From positions 1-62,529 of the IMG/VR virus record IMGVR_UViG_3300017707_001200: 62,529 nt of DNA, one strand, 5' to 3'. The notes under the pieces are model-generated. The model saw only the letters and a list, made by a program, of their open reading frames with translations. It searched no databases and was not told the DNA's origin. The translations under genes and the position numbers were made by a program. Source of the DNA: a virus. Taxonomy: Duplodnaviria > Caudoviricetes. Positions 10,411 to 19,517 of this stretch are shown here, piece after piece (within the stretch, counting starts at the first letter, position 1; each line of letters opens with the position of its first letter).

Positions 10411-12861
10411 CTAACTCCCGTTCAGTTGGTATGAAACCTTGTTGTCCCCACGGTTGTTGAGGACTCTACCTGACTGTACCAGGAAGTTGATCCTGTCGTC
10501 AAGCTCACGCGGGGAGTTGCGGATCATGTTCCGGAAGCGGTGCAGGAGCTTGGCTGAGGTGACAGTGCCGCCCTGGCCCTTGATGTACGCTTCGATCTCG
10601 CTTACGTCTGCCGCGAACTCCGACTCACTTGTCGCTTCCACGACCCGAGCCAGGTTCTCGTACCACCCGGTGGCGTAGTGAATCGCCACGAGCGCATCGT
10701 TGAGCGTGAAGACTGTCTCTCCCCGATAGAGGGCCAGCAACGCCGCACACTTCCAGATCGTCTCACGACCCAGACGGGTGATTGCAGGCTCCAGAGCATC
10801 GTACTTCTCATGATTCTTCGCCGCTCGATCAAACGCCGCGTGAGCCTCTGTAAGCCGCTTCACCGCCTCCTCAGTCCCCCACACGGCAACTCGGGTGCTG
10901 AAGGTAGCCCTAGCGCTTGCGAGGTCTCCTGCGAGGTCGAAGGTGACAGGAGGAGAGTTCTTCTCGTTGTCGTTCTCGCTACGAGTTGCGCGATACTTGT
11001 CATCCGTCTCGACAGGAGGCTCTGCCCACATCCAGTTGTACCGGGCCATGAAACCCGTGGCAAACATGTCGGTGTTGATAAGCTTCAGAAGGCGGTCAGG
11101 GGTTGCGATCATAAAGATGTTGAAGCTTGTCTCCGCACTCTTACCGCGCAAATCCTTCAGGCTGATCTTGTTTGACGGGGGTACATCCCCCATGTAGTAG
11201 TTAGACAGGTCGTACTCCAGCGCCTTGACCCAATCCTTATCGCGAAGGGCCTGGAAGAAGCTCGCTGCCTCATCCTGGAAGATCATGCTGGGCTTGCCGT
11301 CCCGGGTGAGAAGTTCCAGAAGAATTCCTTCAGGCGACGACATTGCACCCAGGTTGTAGTAGCCGTCTCCGTCCTTCAAGAGATGATCCAGAACGTGCTT
11401 CAGAAATGCCGTCTCCGCGGACTTACCCGTACCTGAGTACCCCATCGGCATGAACCAGAGGTTGACGCCGAGATTCACACCCTTCGGGATCACCGCCTTC
11501 AGCCCGAATGCCATGCTCAGCGCCGTCCATGCAGCGGGCACCGCGTAGGCCGTATTCGTAAAGCCCTTAGAGGCCGACGCCACCAGATACTTGTCAATGA
11601 ACGTGCGCGTCCCGGCTACGATCTTCCGCTCTTCTACATTCAGGAAACTGCCGTTCTCCGCCGCGGGCAGAACGATCTCTTTTGTGGAATTCGTCTCAGG
11701 TGCTCGCTCAGGAAGCGTCGGATTCTCCCGAACAGGTTCCGGTTTCTCCCTGGCGCTCTGAACTCGGGCAAAAACGAACTCCAACCCCCATTCCCGGGCG
11801 ATATCCTTCGTGCGCGGAGAGTTCCACAGGACACTTGTCACCAGCAGATCATCGTCGGTTGACTTGATAAGTTCTGCCAGCAGTTCGCGGAAGGTATCCT
11901 TGTTTCCAGCCGCACCCGTGAGGACGCGGTCAGGAACACCCGCCGGGCCGATGCTCAGAGAATACGCCGGGAGGGACTTGCGAAGCTCCGTGGCCCCACC
12001 GTGCTTCTGAATACCCGAGGACAGTGCCTCCTGGAACTCGTAGTCCCATTCTTCCTCGGTGCGGGAGTGATCCCCCTCGCGAGCGTGAAAGAGTTCTTCG
12101 ATCAGGGCCAAAAGCTGGGGCACGCCAGGGTGACCCTCAGAACCCAGACGCACAGCTTCAAACTGACGCTCTACGAGATCAGAGTGGGAGTAGTCGTTGC
12201 CCCCCCGCTCAAATGCTTCACGGGCACGGTCCATCGCCGCCCGCACAATGACACTCGGCTCACCCTGTTCAAGTGACTGATACCAGTCACGAACGTCACC
12301 TTCGAAGTGCTCAGCGGAACGCACGGTCTTCTCATCCAGCAACCACTCAGGAGCGGGTGCAAAGGCGTCCCGGGAGGTAGGGACAGGGCCATTCCACACG
12401 GAGTACGATCCACCTCCACGCCGGTCTACGCCCTTAATGGCTCGGTAGTTGGAGTCTGGACCGAGCTTCACGCCTTCGGGAGCCGCATAGATATACTGCT
12501 TGCCGCCTGCACCGCTGATGGAATCGAAAGAGTGCGTTGTCGGCAAATCCAGCCAAGCCTTATCGAACTCCTCGAAGCCGTCCACCAGAATCTCGCCGGA
12601 AGGATCACGCTTCACATCGATGTCCGCCGCAACCAGCCCACTCGGCTCCATCCACACGCCGACCTCAGCCTTAGCGTGCCGTTCGAACAAATCTTCGAGA
12701 AGGAAGGGGTCGTTCGTTGCGTCGTAGAAACCGTTCGGGGTTCCTGGCTTCTTGGTCGTCTTGTACGGGTTCTCGGGGTCCCGGGTCACGTACACAGGGA
12801 ACGTCCACACCCCCAGGGAAGCCAGTGCCTTCGCCCTCTTGATGTTGTCAGCGGTCGTCAC
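10411..12861 (-). CDS. Bifunctional primase-polymerase fused to a P-loop helicase (DUF3987-like)
   Basis: TFPV...GFYDAT...DID prim-pol N-terminus; Walker A GYSGTGKS; FQDEA. Confidence 0.88.
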   Translation of the reverse strand: MTTADNIKRAKALASLGVWTFPVYVTRDPENPYKTTKKPGTPNGFYDATNDPFLLEDLFERHAKAEVGVWMEPSGLVAADIDVKRDPSGEILVDGFEEFDKAWLDLPTTHSFDSISGAGGKQYIYAAPEGVKLGPDSNYRAIKGVDRRGGGSYSVWNGPVPTSRDAFAPAPEWLLDEKTVRSAEHFEGDVRDWYQSLEQGEPSVIVRAAMDRAREAFERGGNDYSHSDLVERQFEAVRLGSEGHPGVPQLLALIEELFHAREGDHSRTEEEWDYEFQEALSSGIQKHGGATELRKSLPAYSLSIGPAGVPDRVLTGAAGNKDTFRELLAELIKSTDDDLLVTSVLWNSPRTKDIAREWGLEFVFARVQSAREKPEPVRENPTLPERAPETNSTKEIVLPAAENGSFLNVEERKIVAGTRTFIDKYLVASASKGFTNTAYAVPAAWTALSMAFGLKAVIPKGVNLGVNLWFMPMGYSGTGKSAETAFLKHVLDHLLKDGDGYYNLGAMSSPEGILLELLTRDGKPSMIFQDEAASFFQALRDKDWVKALEYDLSNYYMGDVPPSNKISLKDLRGKSAETSFNIFMIATPDRLLKLINTDMFATGFMARYNWMWAEPPVETDDKYRATRSENDNEKNSPPVTFDLAGDLASARATFSTRVAVWGTEEAVKRLTEAHAAFDRAAKNHEKYDALEPAITRLGRETIWKCAALLALYRGETVFTLNDALVAIHYATGWYENLARVVEATSESEFAADVSEIEAYIKGQGGTVTSAKLLHRFRNMIRNSPRELDDRINFLVQSGRVLNNRGDNKVSYQLNGS

Positions 12862-12889
12862 TGTTCTCCCTTCGTTGTCCCTGCTTACA

Positions 12890-12918
12890 AGTCTATCGGT
12901 TCTCCCGTTTCGATGGAA
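12890..12918 (-). promoter_or_regulatory. Putative promoter for the primase gene
   Basis: TTCCAT-17 nt-TAGACT on the minus strand. Confidence 0.5.
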
Positions 12919-12920
12919 TT

Positions 12921-13083
12921 CACGTCAGTCAGGCATGGAAGCCAAATCTTGCCTCAGCGGTCAAATTACGTCCGAATCCCGTATGCTTGACGCTACTCTT
13001 ATCAGGCTCGCTAGGCCAGACTGAGGACTTCGGAGAAGGTTGCAACTCTGACTGTAAGCCTGTGGCTAGGGCCAGCTTCTCCT
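12921..13083 (-). ncRNA. Predicted structured RNA downstream of the tRNA-like domain
   Basis: Complementary pairs GGAGAAG/CTTCTCC, CAGTCAG/CTGACTG, CCTCAG/CTGAGG, GTCAA/TTGAC, TACG/CGTA, AGGCA/TGCCT in a non-coding gap. Confidence 0.55.
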
Positions 13084-13085
13084 TG

Positions 13086-13185
13086 TGGACCTGTGGAGAG
13101 TCGAACTCCAGTTTCCGGAAGAATTACACGTCCGCTGGATTCCAGAAGACTTGTGCATCCCACCGGGCAAATACCCGTCAGGCCC
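13086..13185 (-). ncRNA. tmRNA-like tRNA(Ala)-mimic domain without an internal mRNA-like domain
   Basis: Acceptor GGGCCTG/CAGGTCC-A with G3-U70 and A73; T-arm TGGAG-TTCGACT-CTCCA; no D-stem; long irregular helix in place of an anticodon arm. Confidence 0.8.
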
Positions 13186-13253
13186 GTTGTGCGTTATCCA
13201 GTCGCACCCCTGGTCACCACTCGTCTCTGATCAGAGATCAAGGGTGAGTCTCT

Positions 13254-13262
13254 AGTCTATCA
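13254..13262 (-). promoter_or_regulatory. Extended -10 promoter upstream of the ncRNA locus
   Basis: TGATAGACT overlapping the ssb stop codon; same form as the late motif. Confidence 0.55.
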
Positions 13263-13562
13263 GAAAGGACTGTTATCCTCGTCAGACTGGTCCTCAATCT
13301 GCTCAAAGCGTGCACTGTTCAGGACGATATCCGCCGAGTGACGAGTCTCACCCTCCTTCTCGTAGCTACTCACCTTCGCGGAAAGAAGCCCCGAGAACTT
13401 ACCCGTGTCCCCGTCCGAGAGGCCGTGGGGTGCGTCGAAGAACGCGGTGTAGTAACTCGCCCCCTCCGTACCGTCTCGCTTGGTGAAGGTCTCCTTAACG
13501 GATGCGCCCTTCCCATCGAAGAAAGTGCGCTGGACCGTTCCGTTTACAATTGCAAATGCCAT
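13260..13562 (-). CDS. ssb: Single-stranded DNA-binding protein
   Basis: OB-fold size, acidic tail ending DEDNSPF, replication context. Confidence 0.8.
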   Translation of the reverse strand: MAFAIVNGTVQRTFFDGKGASVKETFTKRDGTEGASYYTAFFDAPHGLSDGDTGKFSGLLSAKVSSYEKEGETRHSADIVLNSARFEQIEDQSDEDNSPF

Positions 13563-13563
13563 C

Positions 13564-14499
13564 TTAGTTGTTCTCCTTCTTTTCTGTGGTTTCAAACTCA
13601 CGCAACTTCCGCTCCGCGTGTCGTGCCTGTAGTGCTCCCGTAAACAAGCCGTGTGCCGCCTGAATCTTTTCGTGGGGAATGATCTTCAACTCGCAGAACG
13701 AATCCATCCACTTCCCCTTCGAGTCCGTATCCTGCGGCCTCATATGAAGGATAGCATAGTCGCTGAAGTCTGGCAACGGCTCCTCCACCCAGTACGTTTT
13801 GCCCCATTTTTTTGTTTCATATTCTACCGCCCCAGGAAAATCAGCGGTCACTTCCCGCATCATCGCCTCAGCCGACCCCAGAGCCGAAAGCTGGCCGTAG
13901 TGGCTGGAGCGGATCGCACGACTGGTCTTCAAGTCTACCAGGTATGTTACCCCATCGATCCGGAGAATATAGTCCAGCGTTCCGGCCCAGTTCGCCCCCA
14001 CCACCGTAACCTCTGTGGCGATCACTTCCACTTCATGCTCAGCGTACCACTCCAGGAAGCGGTTCACCATCTCCACCTGTTCGTTGCGGATCAGGTCTTC
14101 GTTGAAGTAGTCGTTCAGGAAGTCGGCAACCCAGTCGTGAGTCATCGTCCCAAGCTCTGCCAGATCGTTAAGAACGCCGTTGGAGTAGTCGGTGATGTCC
14201 ACTACCGGGTCGTCAAAGTCCTTCGGCTTCATGCGGTTGTGATACCAACGCAAAAAACCGTAGCCCTGATCTTCCGTCCGGTTGAGAAGCGCATCGATAT
14301 TGGCGATTGCGTAAGCGGCAGTATTATTGACCGCCCACTGTACGATTCCCCCCTTATCCAGTGCCGAGAGAACGGTGGTTACACCCGGGACCAGAAGAGG
14401 CTTTCCATCCTCCCCGAGTCGCGTGGGGATACGGTAGCCGCTGCCCCCGTACCGGCTTGCTGCAACTCTGAGTCTAGGCTCCCAACGATCACGGGTCAC
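13564..14499 (-). CDS. PD-(D/E)XK exonuclease (RecB/Cas4-like)
   Basis: PGVTTVL, GTMTH, WAGTLD...VDLKTS...QLSA. Confidence 0.85.
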   Translation of the reverse strand: MTRDRWEPRLRVAASRYGGSGYRIPTRLGEDGKPLLVPGVTTVLSALDKGGIVQWAVNNTAAYAIANIDALLNRTEDQGYGFLRWYHNRMKPKDFDDPVVDITDYSNGVLNDLAELGTMTHDWVADFLNDYFNEDLIRNEQVEMVNRFLEWYAEHEVEVIATEVTVVGANWAGTLDYILRIDGVTYLVDLKTSRAIRSSHYGQLSALGSAEAMMREVTADFPGAVEYETKKWGKTYWVEEPLPDFSDYAILHMRPQDTDSKGKWMDSFCELKIIPHEKIQAAHGLFTGALQARHAERKLREFETTEKKENN

Positions 14500-14745
14500 A
14501 GGTCTTCAACCCGCACCTTAGCATCCAGGAAAGTCGCATCCCCGAGGATAGCCCCGATGACCAACTGATGCTGTGCGTACTTATCGTCGCTGACTTCAAT
14601 CGTGATCTGCTTACTCATTAAATCTTCTCCGCCCTCTGAATTTTCCGAAGCCACTCATTGGGTTCTCCCTGCTCATCGTAGAGAAGGTTACCCACCGCCG
14701 TGCTCAGGTCGGGCGCTTCCACTACGAGGGTGATTTCAAACAGGC

Positions 14746-15414
14746 TCACTTGGCACTCTCCAAATCCTTAAGAATCTGATCGAACGCCTTCGCACCCTCT
14801 ACGCCCTTACCCTTCAGCGCGTCATAGCGAGCGTTCACCTCTTCCTTGGTGATCTTTCCCTTCTCGATGTATTCCGTGCGGATTCGATCCTTGGCGCTTC
14901 CTGGAGCGGGCTTAGCCGCTGCGGGAGTGTTACGTGCTCGCTCGATCTTCTGCGTCGTTGCGCTAGGTGCCTCGTCAGGGCCGTTCTTGGCTGCATCCTC
15001 CACAGACTGCTCCGTAATAAGGAAGGTACGCAGAAGGGCGTTCTTCAGAGCATTGGTGCTTGCGATGTTCGATGCGACCGCCGTTCCTCCTGCCAGGCCG
15101 TCACCCGTGCCCGAGACCGTGACAGAAGAACCATCCTCGGTAGATACGAAAGTGTACTCCCCGGTGATAGAGATAAGAACATTGATGCGATCCTTGTTCA
15201 CAATCTCCTCGTGCTTGAAGATCGTCTCTCGCGGCAGGAAGATCAGGTTGTTCTCCACGAACTGAGCCTTGACCTCCTTAGCCACATCCACGGCGGTGAT
15301 GTAGGGCTTGCCTCCCATGTTCGAAGGAAGGACTCCACCCTTTGCCACCCCCAGCGTATTGAGGATGTTGGCAATAGCCGTGTGAACGTGCGGTGCGGTG
15401 TATGTGTCTGTCAT
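14746..15414 (-). CDS. ERF-family ssDNA-annealing protein
   Basis: YTFVSTEDGS...GTGDG...ASTNALKNAL; adjacent to the exonuclease. Confidence 0.7.
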   Translation of the reverse strand: MTDTYTAPHVHTAIANILNTLGVAKGGVLPSNMGGKPYITAVDVAKEVKAQFVENNLIFLPRETIFKHEEIVNKDRINVLISITGEYTFVSTEDGSSVTVSGTGDGLAGGTAVASNIASTNALKNALLRTFLITEQSVEDAAKNGPDEAPSATTQKIERARNTPAAAKPAPGSAKDRIRTEYIEKGKITKEEVNARYDALKGKGVEGAKAFDQILKDLESAK

Positions 15415-15668
15415 TAGTTATTCTCCTTCTTATCCAGTCCCAAAAACTTAATCATCTCTTTGCGGTCAACTTCTCCCGAGTATACGGCTCCCATCACCGC
15501 GGCCACAAAGTCATAAACAAGTGGGACCCCTGTGTTGAATGACTCGTATTTCAGTCTAGCCCACAGCTTATCCGCCGGGTCAGTGGAGTCCTTAAGTTGG
15601 ATGTCTTCCCTGAGGTCAGCTACTTCCTGCCGGAGCTTTTCGATTTCCCCATCTGTTCTCCAGCCCAC
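15414..15668 (-). CDS. Hypothetical protein
   Basis: Abutting ORF in operon. Confidence 0.6.
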   Translation of the reverse strand: MGWRTDGEIEKLRQEVADLREDIQLKDSTDPADKLWARLKYESFNTGVPLVYDFVAAVMGAVYSGEVDRKEMIKFLGLDKKENN

Positions 15669-16352
15669 TTAATACCCCTTAATCTTCAGCGGCCAGTTCG
15701 GATCAACGATAGCATCTGAATCCGAGCGTTTCAGGTACTTCTCTAGCCCTGCCGCCCAATCAGCGTACCACGAACTTTGCTCTTCGGTAGTTGGAACCCC
15801 AAATTTTTCCAGGACTTTCACAGTTACCTTAGCGGTCGCCTCGACATCATAGCGTGCGTTGTGAGCGGCCTCAGGGTCAAACGGAACTCCGTAGTGCTTA
15901 GCCTGTGCCTCCAGCGTCCGCTTACCCTTACGGTACTTATCATGGTGTCGGTCAATGACAATGGCGTCTACGAGACGTGCCTTGTCGCGCATGTAGTGAC
16001 CGAAATCTTCGGTTACACCGTGCCGTTTAAATTCGGCATCCAGAATACTCAGGTCGAAGTTCATATTGAAGGCGACATGAATCAGGTCGATGTTCTCCAG
16101 GAAGATCAGCCGGATTTCTCTCAGCGCCTCCGCAGGGTCCTGACCGTTCGCCGCAAGCCACTCATTCGTCAGCCCGTGGACCGCGATAGCTTCCTCGGCA
16201 ATGGGGACTCCCGGGTCGATGAACCACTGCCATTCGTCCAGCAGATTTCCGTCCTTATCCGCGGTAGCCATAAACCACTGGACAATGCGGTCTTCGTGAA
16301 CGTCAATTCCTCCGGTCTCGGCGTCGAACACCAAGTACACCGCGTCAGTCAT
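15669..16352 (-). CDS. DnaQ-like DEDDh exonuclease
   Basis: FDAETGG, AFNMNFD, AHNARYD. Confidence 0.92.
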   Translation of the reverse strand: MTDAVYLVFDAETGGIDVHEDRIVQWFMATADKDGNLLDEWQWFIDPGVPIAEEAIAVHGLTNEWLAANGQDPAEALREIRLIFLENIDLIHVAFNMNFDLSILDAEFKRHGVTEDFGHYMRDKARLVDAIVIDRHHDKYRKGKRTLEAQAKHYGVPFDPEAAHNARYDVEATAKVTVKVLEKFGVPTTEEQSSWYADWAAGLEKYLKRSDSDAIVDPNWPLKIKGY

Positions 16353-16680
16353 CTTCCATCGCCTCCTTCAGCTTTCGTCCCTTGACGACTCCTGCCCAGT
16401 TTCCCCACGCCGGATGAGCCGCCTCCCGGTAGGCATCACACTGCTCGAAGACCCTACAACCTGCACAGTCGAGTTGAGCTTGCCGGTCGGTAGGAAGCTC
16501 CTCCCCTGTCCATTTCTCCGGGTTCCCCAGACAGTTAGCGCCTTGCTTGACCGCCTCTGTTCGAAGTACCGTGAGAAGCTTTGCCGCGGTATGGGACTGC
16601 TTCAGATAATCGTAAGAGAGGGACCTATCCTTGGGGCGGTCTCCGATGATGCGATAGCCCCGGATCGAATCGTCAGCCAT
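16345..16680 (-). CDS. WhiB-family transcription factor
   Basis: C...CAGC.....C four-Cys pattern plus WGNWAG turn. Confidence 0.75.
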   Translation of the reverse strand: MADDSIRGYRIIGDRPKDRSLSYDYLKQSHTAAKLLTVLRTEAVKQGANCLGNPEKWTGEELPTDRQAQLDCAGCRVFEQCDAYREAAHPAWGNWAGVVKGRKLKEAMEDD

Positions 16681-16936
16681 TCGATGCTCCAAACCACAGC
16701 CAAATCATAAAACTGATGAAGTTTCCCAGGGCCAGCATCACAACTGCGAATAGCGGAAACGCGATAATTGCGACTCCGAAAGAAGCTGCGCCGATTCCAT
16801 CTTCCTGAATTGGCCGTAAAAGGATCGATAGCCCCACAAAGATGACAATGACGCTTAGTATGTAGATAAACGTCCACTGTCCCATTGTAAGCAGGTTAGA
16901 CATCCAGTCGTGAATCTGCGGCAGGTCAGCCATCAA
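16673..16936 (-). CDS. Small membrane protein
   Basis: Two hydrophobic segments. Confidence 0.65.
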   Translation of the reverse strand: MMADLPQIHDWMSNLLTMGQWTFIYILSVIVIFVGLSILLRPIQEDGIGAASFGVAIIAFPLFAVVMLALGNFISFMIWLWFGASNG

Positions 16937-17971
16937 AAACCTTTCACGACGAAATAACGATCCAGGTAGTCCTCGATCTCATCCAGCCCCTTGAACGATA
17001 CCACATGCGTCCCGCTCACGTACAGGGCGTACTCAGTCGGCATGTTCACCCACCCCACGGGCACGATGTCCACACCTTCCCCGAGTTCTTCCGACCAATA
17101 CGTTTCTACGTCGGTTACTGATTTAGTCATCTTTCCACCCCTCCGTTAAAGTATCGATCAATAGTAGCACGCTCTTCCTCAGACCAGTTACCCGTCATCT
17201 TCGGCTTCCAATCCTTAGCGGTAGGGGGCAAGTCACGGAACAGTGGGTAGTGAGGGATTCTTGAAAAAGAAAGGCCCGTCAGGATTCCCAGCGCTAGAAC
17301 TAGTACGTATTTCACGAGTTCTCCCGAACGTAGGCCGTATCCTCTACCACTACGATCTCGTCTCCCGGGTGCATGTGAGTGATGTTTTCGCCAATCATCA
17401 CCGCGAGTTCGTCATCGTCCGTAACCCAGCACGTAGCGTAAAGAAGGTCTTCGCAGGTATCGAGTGCGTCCCCAAAGTGGCCTGCCGTTTCCGTCTTTCC
17501 CCAGCGAAGAACAGTTGCTTCAAGCATCTGCGTCGTTCTAATCACTTCTTCTCCTCAAACATCGGCTTCCACTCATCGGTCATCTCCTGCATCACCGACA
17601 TTTCCGTCACAATGTCCCATGGCTCAGCTACCCTGTCAGCCTCTCTCTTTGAAAGATAGAGACTAATCCCGTACTTCGGGGTAATAACAGCCCAAACCTC
17701 GTGATGCGCTTTCCACTGTCGGTTAGTCATTTCGCGGCCTCGCTAAAGTAATAGTCAATGAACTTAGAAAGACTAGTCTCAACCACCGTGTAGTCCTTCG
17801 GGTCTTTCATGGAAAGCAACTCCGACAGGTTTGTCAACTGCCCCTCAACCTCTATCAAATCATCGTCTAAAGCATCTACCAGACGCTCCACAAGTCGATA
17901 AGAGATGGGACGAACGTCCGGGTAAGCAATTGCGTGCTCCGCTTCCTTGATTAGTGCCTCATGTCTCATCA

Positions 17972-18343
17972 TCACGATTCCTCCTTACGAACCAGTACGG
18001 TTACCTCGGCGTCTCCGATTCGAATCAATAAATCTTCTTCTGAAACCTGGCTGGTGGGGTTACTGGTTTCCCAGACGTGGTTGTCAGGGTGTCCAACTCG
18101 CTTTGCATAGTGAGCGGAATTAGCCCAAGACATGTAGTAGACAAACTCAGCATCGTCGGGAATCTTCGGCTTGGGCGTGGTGTCGATCACTTCGGTATCA
18201 TACCCCCCGTAGATACTGCCCGCAATCTGCTCTGCGTCCTGAAGGTCACTGAACCGTCCCAGCAATTCCTGTGAGAACCGGACGCGCACTACAAACGGCA
18301 GTTCGGGATCGTACTTTAGTTCGTCAGTCACAGCGTAACCCAC
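17972..18343 (-). CDS. Hypothetical protein
   Basis: One of a run of small overlapping leftward ORFs (16933-18964). Confidence 0.6.
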   Translation of the reverse strand: MGYAVTDELKYDPELPFVVRVRFSQELLGRFSDLQDAEQIAGSIYGGYDTEVIDTTPKPKIPDDAEFVYYMSWANSAHYAKRVGHPDNHVWETSNPTSQVSEEDLLIRIGDAEVTVLVRKEES

Positions 18344-18703
18344 CCTTCTTCGATCAGCTTATCGGCTTGGAATTCGTTCTTGCCTCGGTCGTCGTCCTTG
18401 TCGCGAGCAGCCCAGAGAACTGCGTACTTTGCCACATCCTGAGCTAGCTTATCGCGCTTAGTCGGGAAGTTGTAGTCAATCATCGGGGAAACATCTCCAA
18501 TACCTCATAAAGAATTTCGCGGGTAGCACAAGGCCATGCGGGCATTTCACATTCGTTGCACCACGACTCGGTAAATTCATTGCCCGAAGCGTCGATATCA
18601 GTCCGAGCCTCCACGTAATGCACCGATAGTACCGCGTGAATAGCCGAGCGGTAGGCTAGAATCTCCTGTCGGTTGCTAAAGGCGTCAAGATCGCCAATGG
18701 TAA

Positions 18704-18964
18704 TCATCGCGTCCACTCCGGCTGGATAAAGCTCTCAGCAATCTTCTTAAGAACTTCTGAGTTGTCTGCCTGGTAAACATCAAAGGTATTCGTGTTGATC
18801 GTCATTTCGGAGACACCCGGGAGAGCCTTAGAATTGAGGTTCACTTTCAAGTAGGCAAGACCTGTAAAGCAGTTCTTACTTTCATTGGCCCACGCCTTCA
18901 TGTATCCGGTGGTCTTGCTGTAGATATAGAGTTGGTCACCATCGGTAACATCGTCGTGCTGCAT
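18704..18964 (-). CDS. Hypothetical protein
   Basis: CGAAGGGAG RBS and upstream promoter. Confidence 0.65.
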   Translation of the reverse strand: MQHDDVTDGDQLYIYSKTTGYMKAWANESKNCFTGLAYLKVNLNSKALPGVSEMTINTNTFDVYQADNSEVLKKIAESFIQPEWTR

Positions 18965-18996
18965 TATTGCTCCCTTCGTAAGTCTTTCGTTTCACT

Positions 18997-19025
18997 AGGA
19001 TAACAGATCAAGCTACCCGGCGCAA
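18997..19025 (-). promoter_or_regulatory. SigA-like promoter
   Basis: TTGCGC-17-TATCCT. Confidence 0.6.
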
Positions 19026-19517
19026 CTTCCTAAGTTCACTTGCTCTTGCATTCCTAATTGCTCGGCACGTCTTACACTGCCGACCGCCTTTAACGTACCA
19101 CGCCGTATTCTCCTCGGTGTACTCGTGGTTCTGAGGACAGTGTGTTTTACGGGTCTCTGCGTGGGTTCCGTGTCTTACAGCATCTTGTAGGTTTTCTGAC
19201 TGGTCGCCCCATCTAAGGTTAGAGACGACGCTGTTCTGAGAGTCACCGTCACCGTGCAGCACAAGTGTCTTTCCCTCTGGCGCTGGACCAATGAAGGCCT
19301 TGGCAACCAAGCGATGTACGGTACACATCTTACGCTTACCGTCTTTGAAGAGGGGTACGATCCAATAGCCTGTGCGGTTCAACCTCAACTTCATAACTCG
19401 CCCCTTAATATTGCGACCCGCAATGTCTACTCTGTCCAGACTACGCACGCGAGCGAGGTTAGAGACCTCATAAAGACCTTCGTAATCCACAACCGACCGC
19501 CACTCCTCCTCGGTCAC
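19008..19517 (-). CDS. NUMOD4-HNH homing endonuclease
   Basis: WRSVVDYEGLYEVSN, VHRLVA...HGDGD..NSVVSNLRW, KTHCPQNH; paralog of 3882-4397. Confidence 0.92.
   Translation of the reverse strand: MTEEEWRSVVDYEGLYEVSNLARVRSLDRVDIAGRNIKGRVMKLRLNRTGYWIVPLFKDGKRKMCTVHRLVAKAFIGPAPEGKTLVLHGDGDSQNSVVSNLRWGDQSENLQDAVRHGTHAETRKTHCPQNHEYTEENTAWYVKGGRQCKTCRAIRNARASELRKLRRVA

Noticed and set aside
13030-13083. HDV-like (theta) ribozyme after the tRNA-like domain
   Set aside because: A P1-like GGAGAAG/CTTCTCC stem exists, but I could not find P3/L3 and P1.1 elements
13086-13185. Canonical tRNA-Ala gene
   Set aside because: No D-stem and no 7-nt anticodon loop with an NGC anticodon
12987-13247. 86-aa plus-strand ORF over the ncRNA locus
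   Set aside because: Weak start, no RBS, wrong strand for the region; RNA structure explains the sequence better
13564-14499. CRISPR-associated Cas4
   Set aside because: No array or other cas genes; context with ERF and SSB indicates a recombination exonuclease
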